From contig PS015187.1 in assembly GCA_048213135.1 (NCBI GenBank), positions 1 to 64,000 on the forward strand: a stretch of DNA of 64,000 nt, read 5' to 3'. Of this stretch, positions 58,753 to 64,000 are shown piece by piece (position 1 is the stretch's first letter; the number at the start of each line of letters is the position of its first letter). The position numbers and the translations under genes were made by a program. Under the pieces are notes generated by a model. That model saw only the letters and a program-made list of their open reading frames with translations. It made no database searches and had not been told where the DNA came from. This DNA is from Reclinomonas americana ATCC 50394. Taxonomy: Eukaryota.

Positions 58753-61700
58753 TCCAATCTCTCTGTGACAATCTATCGATGTCTGCCTCATTCAGAGTGA
58801 CTCTGACGTTTCCCTCAGTCCCCCTCTCTCACACTCACTCTCTCTCACTCACTCTCACTCACTCCTTCCCTCTCTTAAGCGTCCGACTTGCCCTCTTCCG
58901 TCACTCAACCTCGCCTTTACTCGTTGTGCCTTGCCCATTCACTCTGCCTATGATCCACTGGCGTGGGCCTTGCTCACCTCACCCTCCTCTCGTTGCCCTT
59001 CTCTGCCCACCCCCTGGCCTTTCCCCTTGCCCTTCATTAGCCACCCACTGTGCCTTGCTCACTCACTCTTCCCCCTGCTCGCCCTCCTCTCTTTGCCCTC
59101 CTCTTTCTTCCGCCCGCTGTGCCTTGCGCACTCACTCGTTCCCCTTGCCTGTCACCTCTCGTTGCCCTTCTCTGTACCATTTACTCATGCACCCCCTGGC
59201 CTCTCCTTCTTCTTCTTCTTCCCCTTGCCCTTTATTTTTTCCGCCCGTTCGCTCAGCAATTCGGTGCCGGCTGGGATACCTACGACGGCTCCGAGGTCGA
59301 CCTCGATGCCTCTGCCTGTTGCGTCTGCTTCTCTCCCCCCAGGCCTCACCTCGCAGTCTCATTCTTTTGTTCCCTTCCCTTCCACAGGCGCCTTTTCCCG
59401 CGACGGCGACGTGCTGGAGACGATCTGGTTCGGCAACCTGCGCGGTCGCAACGGTGCCATTGTGCACTCGGGCGACAATCGCACTGGTGATGCCGAGGGC
59501 GATGATGAAGTGATCACAGTGCGTATGTGTGCGAAGGCAGGGATGGATGCGTGGCGCTGCCTCATTGTGCGTCTCGGTGCAGGTGTACTTTGACAAGATG
59601 CACAGCGATGTGTTTGCCATTATTTTCGTGCTCAGCAGTTTTGAGGGTGTGACGTTTGAGAGCATCGACGAGGGTGAGTAAGAAGAGGGAAAGTAAGGGA
59701 GAGAGGAAGAGGGGGAAAGAGAGGGAATGAGGAAGAGAGGGAGAGGGAGAGAGAGAGAGAGCCCTCTCTTCCTCGACTCGGCATCGAAAAGTGCGTCATT
59801 GTGTTCGACGGAGGCCAGATGTTGGTGACAGATCGCTGGCTGCACATGTCATCCTCGTCGCCGTTCTCTGCCATATCTCTCGTCTTCTTGTATATTAGGA
59901 GTGGAGAGGAGTGGAGAGGGAAACGAGATGAGACGAGAACACGAGAAAGAAGATCCGCGATGGGAGGAGAAGAGCTTTCCGCTTCTCGTCTCTTCTATTT
60001 CTTCTCTCCTCTCCTGTCCNNNNNNNNNNNNNNNNNNNNNNNNNNNNNNNNNNNNNNNNNNNNNNNNNNNNNNNNNNNNNNNNNNNNNNNNNNNNNNNNN
60101 NNNNNNNNNNNNNNNNNNNNNNNNNNNNNNNNNNNNNNNNNNNNNNNNNNNNNNNNNNNNNNNNNNNNNNNNNNNNNNNNNNNNNNNNNNNNNNNNNNNN
60201 NNNNNNNNNNNNNNNNNNNNNNNNNNNNNNNNNNNNNNNNNNNNNNNNNNNNNNNNNNNNNNNNNNNNNNNNNNNNNNNNNNNNNNNNNNNNNNNNNNNN
60301 NNNNNNNNNNNNNNNNNNNNNNNNNNNNNNNNNNNNNNNNNNNNNNNNNNNNNNNNNNNNNNNNNNNNNNNNNNNNNNNNNNNNNNNNNNNNNNNNNNNN
60401 NNNNNNNNNNNNNNNNNNNNNNNNNNNNNNNNNNNNNNNNNNNNNNNNNNNNNNNNNNNNNNNNNNNNNNNNNNNNNNNNNNNNNNNNNNNNNNNNNNNN
60501 NNNNNNNNNNNNNNNNNNNNNNNNNNNNNNNNNNNNNNNNNNNNNNNNNNNNNNNNNNNNNNNNNNNNNNNNNNNNNNNNNNNNNNNNNNNNNNNNNNNN
60601 NNNNNNNNNNNNNNNNNNNNNNNNNNNNNNNNNNNNNNNNNNNNNNNNNNNNNNNNNNNNNNNNNNNNNNNNNNNNNNNNNNNNNNNNNNNNNNNNNNNN
60701 NNNNNNNNNNNNNNNNNNNNNNNNNNNNNNNNNNNNNNNNNNNNNNNNNNNNNNNNNNNNNNNNNNNNNNNNNNNNNNNNNNNNNNNNNNNNNNNNNNNN
60801 NNNNNNNTCCCTCTCCCTCTCCCTCTCCCTCTCCCTCTCCTTACCCCTTCTCCCTCCTCCCGCCTTCTCCCTCTCCCCTCTCCCTCTCCCGCTTCTCCCT
60901 CATTCTCCCTTCCCACCACGCGCAGCCCACGTCCGCATCGTCGACGGCGACGGCAACGAGCTACACAAGATTCTCGTCAACAATGTCAAGGGAGCTCACA
61001 CCGGTTTGTCACGCCCCCTTCATTCACTTTCCCTCATTCTTCTCATTCACCCCTTTCTGCCGCCCCCGCAGGCCTGCTCCTCTTCAAGCTGTACCGCGAG
61101 ACCGACGGCTCGTGGATGCTCTACCGCAGCACCGACCGCGCCGCCGGCCGTGTGATTGACGACCTGGTGCCACTGATGCGGGTGCGATTCCGTTGCCTCT
61201 TTTGCCATCGCATGCGCGCACATCTCCTCCTCATCCGCCTGTGCAGTCGGTGGTGCGCGAGGACTGGCCCGAAGGTGTGCCGTGCACCGAAAAGGGGCTG
61301 ACGGCGGCTCTCGGTGGCATGCGACTCGTGCCGAGCAGCCCAGGCGGCTCGTACGGATACACAACGTTGTTGCTAAAGGTGGGCTGTTTCTGAGACGACG
61401 TTGTCATGAGCCTGCGTCGACTCATTCATTCGTCGCCGACGACAGGGGAGCGCCTTGTTGGATTTCTCCGGCGCCGCGCAGTTCACCACACTCGAGCACA
61501 TTGATGTGTCGGAGAACTCCATCCTCGACGTGTCGTTCATACGGCAGCTGCGCAATGTGCGCACCTTTAACGCCGCGCACAACTTCATTCGCGACATCAC
61601 ACCGCTATTGCATCTGAGTGAGTACATCCCCCACGTCTGCTCTACCATCGCTGTGTCGGTCTTCTCACTCCCCTTCTACCTTCTTCATCCCTCATCCGTC

Positions 61701-63033
61701 GCCCAGCCAACTTGCAATGGCTGAACGCATCATACAACTCCATACGCAAGCTGCGCGCACAAGTCTCCAGCTCGGTGCTGCGCGTGCTGGATCTGAGCTG
61801 TTGCGTGGGAGGACAGGGGAGGCGAGGTGCGGAAGGAAGGAAGGCTCATTCTCTGTGCCTCTCCTCGCAGTCTGCAAAATCTCCTTTGTCGACGTGCGCG
61901 GCCTGCACGAGTTGCTGGAGCTCGACATGAGCGGCAACGCCCTCACCGACATTCCAGTCGTTGACGCACCGAAACTGACTGTCCTCCGAGTGGTGCGTTT
62001 TGGTGTGACTTTCTGGCTCTCCATTCGCTCTCCTCGCTCACACTCCACTCTGCCAGTCGACCAACGACATTCGCTCACCCGAGGGCATCGAGAACTACCC
62101 CAACTTGACGGAGCTGTCGCTGCGCAAGAACCGCATCAGCTCGCTCGCAATCTTCTCCACGGGCGCCTGCCCGCACATGCGTGTGCTGGAATTAAGGTGG
62201 GTGGAGGGAATGGGGAGAGGGCGTGGCTCGCGTGGTGGTGGTGGCGAGCTGATTGATGTGGTGCAGCGACAATTACATTACGCCGGCCGAGGAGATTCAT
62301 CATTTGCGCAGTTTGCGAAGGTTGCACAGCCTGCATTTGATTGGTGAGGAGAAGGGGGTGAAGGAGAAGGGATGGAGGCAAAGGGGAAGGGGGATGAAGG
62401 AAAAGGGAAAAGGGGTGAAGGAGAAGGATGAGGGGTGAGTGGAGAGGGAGACTGGAAGAGGGAAAAGGGAATAGGGAGAAGGGGATGAGCTGTGAAGGGG
62501 GCGAGAGAAGGGAAGAGGGGATGAGAGAGAAGGGTTGAAGGAGAAAGGATGAGCGAGGAAGATGGAGAAGTGGTGAGAGAGAGAGAAGAGATACACTGGA
62601 AGTATCCTTCGCTGCTCGCCAACTCTGTCTTGCTTACCCCTCTTCCCTTATTTCGTTCACAGAGACCATGGAGGACATGAGTCGCCACGACATGCTGGTG
62701 GCGCTCATGGGCGACGCGACAGACCACGCGTCGCCGCCGGGCAGTCAGATTGCCATTTTGGTGCGCACTCCCATCTCCTCGCCCGCACCCTCAACTCCTT
62801 GCCGCACTCACACACTACTACATTCACCGCACAAACAGGCCGACGAACCGGTGACCGACGGCGAGCGCGAGGCCGCCGCCAGCGCCTACTGGAGCCAGTA
62901 CGAGGACAAGGTCAACCCGACGCCGGCGCCAACGCCACTAATGACACCCAAGTCGTCGGTGCGCGAGGAGGCCGACGCATTCGTTTCCTCGAGAGACATG
63001 GGCACGGGGCCGCGCATGCCCGGGGGTGCATGA
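58297..63033 (+). CDS. TerD/TerZ-domain + SDS22-type LRR (LRRC23/LRGUK-like) fusion protein
   Basis: TerD signature GAGWD...VDLDASA...IWFGNL..RNGAIVHSGDNRTGDAEGDDEVITV...AIIFVLSSFEG.TF. Then YGYTTLLLK|GSALLDF...LEHIDVSENSILDVS..LRNVRTFNAAHNFI and further LxxLxLxxN repeats, ending in an LRR-cap-like EPVTDGEREAA. Junctions are phase-compatible. Confidence 0.75.
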
Positions 63034-63061
63034 TTGAAAAAAAAAGAAGGGAGAAGTGTGA

Positions 63062-63450
63062 TCACGTGGAGACCGCGTAGAAGAGGCCGGCGCACAGCTG
63101 CGGGGGGTGGTGAGGGGAAAGGCAGGGAGACGTGGTGTGGAGAAGAATGGTACGAACCAGGGAAAAGATGGAAAAGCCGACGAGGACGGCCACTTCGAGT
63201 TGTCGTGAGGGGCCGGTGCGGGAGGAGTCGCGGAGGGAGACCGCGGCCATGGCGGCGAGTTTAAGGCCTGTGGGAAGGGAAAGTGGGGAAAGGGCGAAGG
63301 AGGAAAGAAGAAGACAAAAGAGGCGAGGGTTAGAGAGGAAGTTGGGGAAAGCGCGCACAAAGCAGAGAGAAGAGACAGGGATGGGAGAAGGAGCAGTCTG
63401 GGCGGTGAGTGCTGAGAGATAGGGTGCTCGAGGAGGGGCAGCAGGCCTGG
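63062..63450 (-). CDS. 3' exons of a gene that continues beyond the window; hydrophobic C-terminus
   Basis: Exon-like GC-rich blocks after CAG acceptors: GLKLAAMAAVSLRDSSRTGPSRQLEVAVLVGFSIFSL|LCAGLFYAVST*. Confidence 0.4.
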
Positions 63451-64000
63451 ACAGAGTGGGCAGAGAGTGAGAAAAGAAGACAAAGTAGGAAGCAGAGGTA
63501 GATAAGCGAGAGAGGGAGAGCGAGGACGAAGGCAAGAGAGAAACATAGCACGAGATTCACGAGGTGATAAAGAAAGAGAACACGAGAGAGAGAATGACGG
63601 GAACAGAGTGAGAGTCAGAGCGAGGCGCAAGCGTAAAGAAAGTGTGCAAGAGAGCAGAGGCAGTGACGAGCGGAGAAAACAGCAGAAAGAACAGCGTGAG
63701 GGGAGGAAGCAATGTGGCAGACAAAGACGAAACCAAAGAAAGGAGACAGCACGGAAGACCAGCAAGAGAGAGTGAGTGGAGAGAGCAAAGTGAAGCAGGG
63801 AACGTGACAAGCATAATAGACGACAAGCAAGGAACGAAAAGGAGTGAGAAAACGCGCGAGTGGCGATAGAGAGAGAGAGAGTGAATGAATGAGAGAGGGA
63901 GGGAGAGCAGCAACACAGAACGTAATGAGGAATGAGAAACAAATAAAGGAAACGAGACAGATAGAGAGAGATGGAAAGAGAGCGAAGAGGAGAAGGAAAG

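Larger units (their letters stand above)
1137..60807. other. Seven assembly gaps (about 1137-1681, 8257-8903, 14409-15165, 25573-26447, 40810-41802, 42898-43298, 60020-60807)
   Basis: N runs, each flanked by micro/minisatellite or low-complexity intron sequence. Small exons could be hidden in them. Confidence 0.95.

Overview
Gene-dense, intron-rich eukaryotic DNA, most likely from a flagellated protist. Exons are GC-rich, most GT-AG introns are about 55-130 nt, and the longer introns are filled with (CT)/(GA)/(CA) microsatellites that contain all seven N-gaps. The standard genetic code fits. I rebuilt gene models by hand from splice sites and reading phase, so boundaries are approximate. In order: SPRY protein (5'-partial); a helical protein of unknown function; TPR-coiled coil-IRAK/Pelle-like kinase-RING (needs two 4-nt microexons); a UBA-like protein; ANK-ANK-coiled coil-IRAK/Pelle-like kinase; an intronless WD40 protein; an inverted kinase-less ankyrin paralog; a 13-kb FYVE-NACHT-NACHT-pentapeptide-WD40 NLR-like gene; a 7TM-like protein; a membrane-anchored FkbM methyltransferase; a ~3.9-kb tandem array of PD-(D/E)XK nuclease-fold + kinase genes (one intact, two decayed, one of them with a swapped C-terminus); a TerD-LRR fusion; and the 3' end of one more gene. 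The best candidate for an undescribed system is this immunity/conflict-like neighbourhood: an NLR-like receptor, Pelle-type kinases with swappable repeat sensors, a possible decoy, and a Crinkler-like nuclease-kinase array. All domain calls come from motif recognition by eye; no searches were run.
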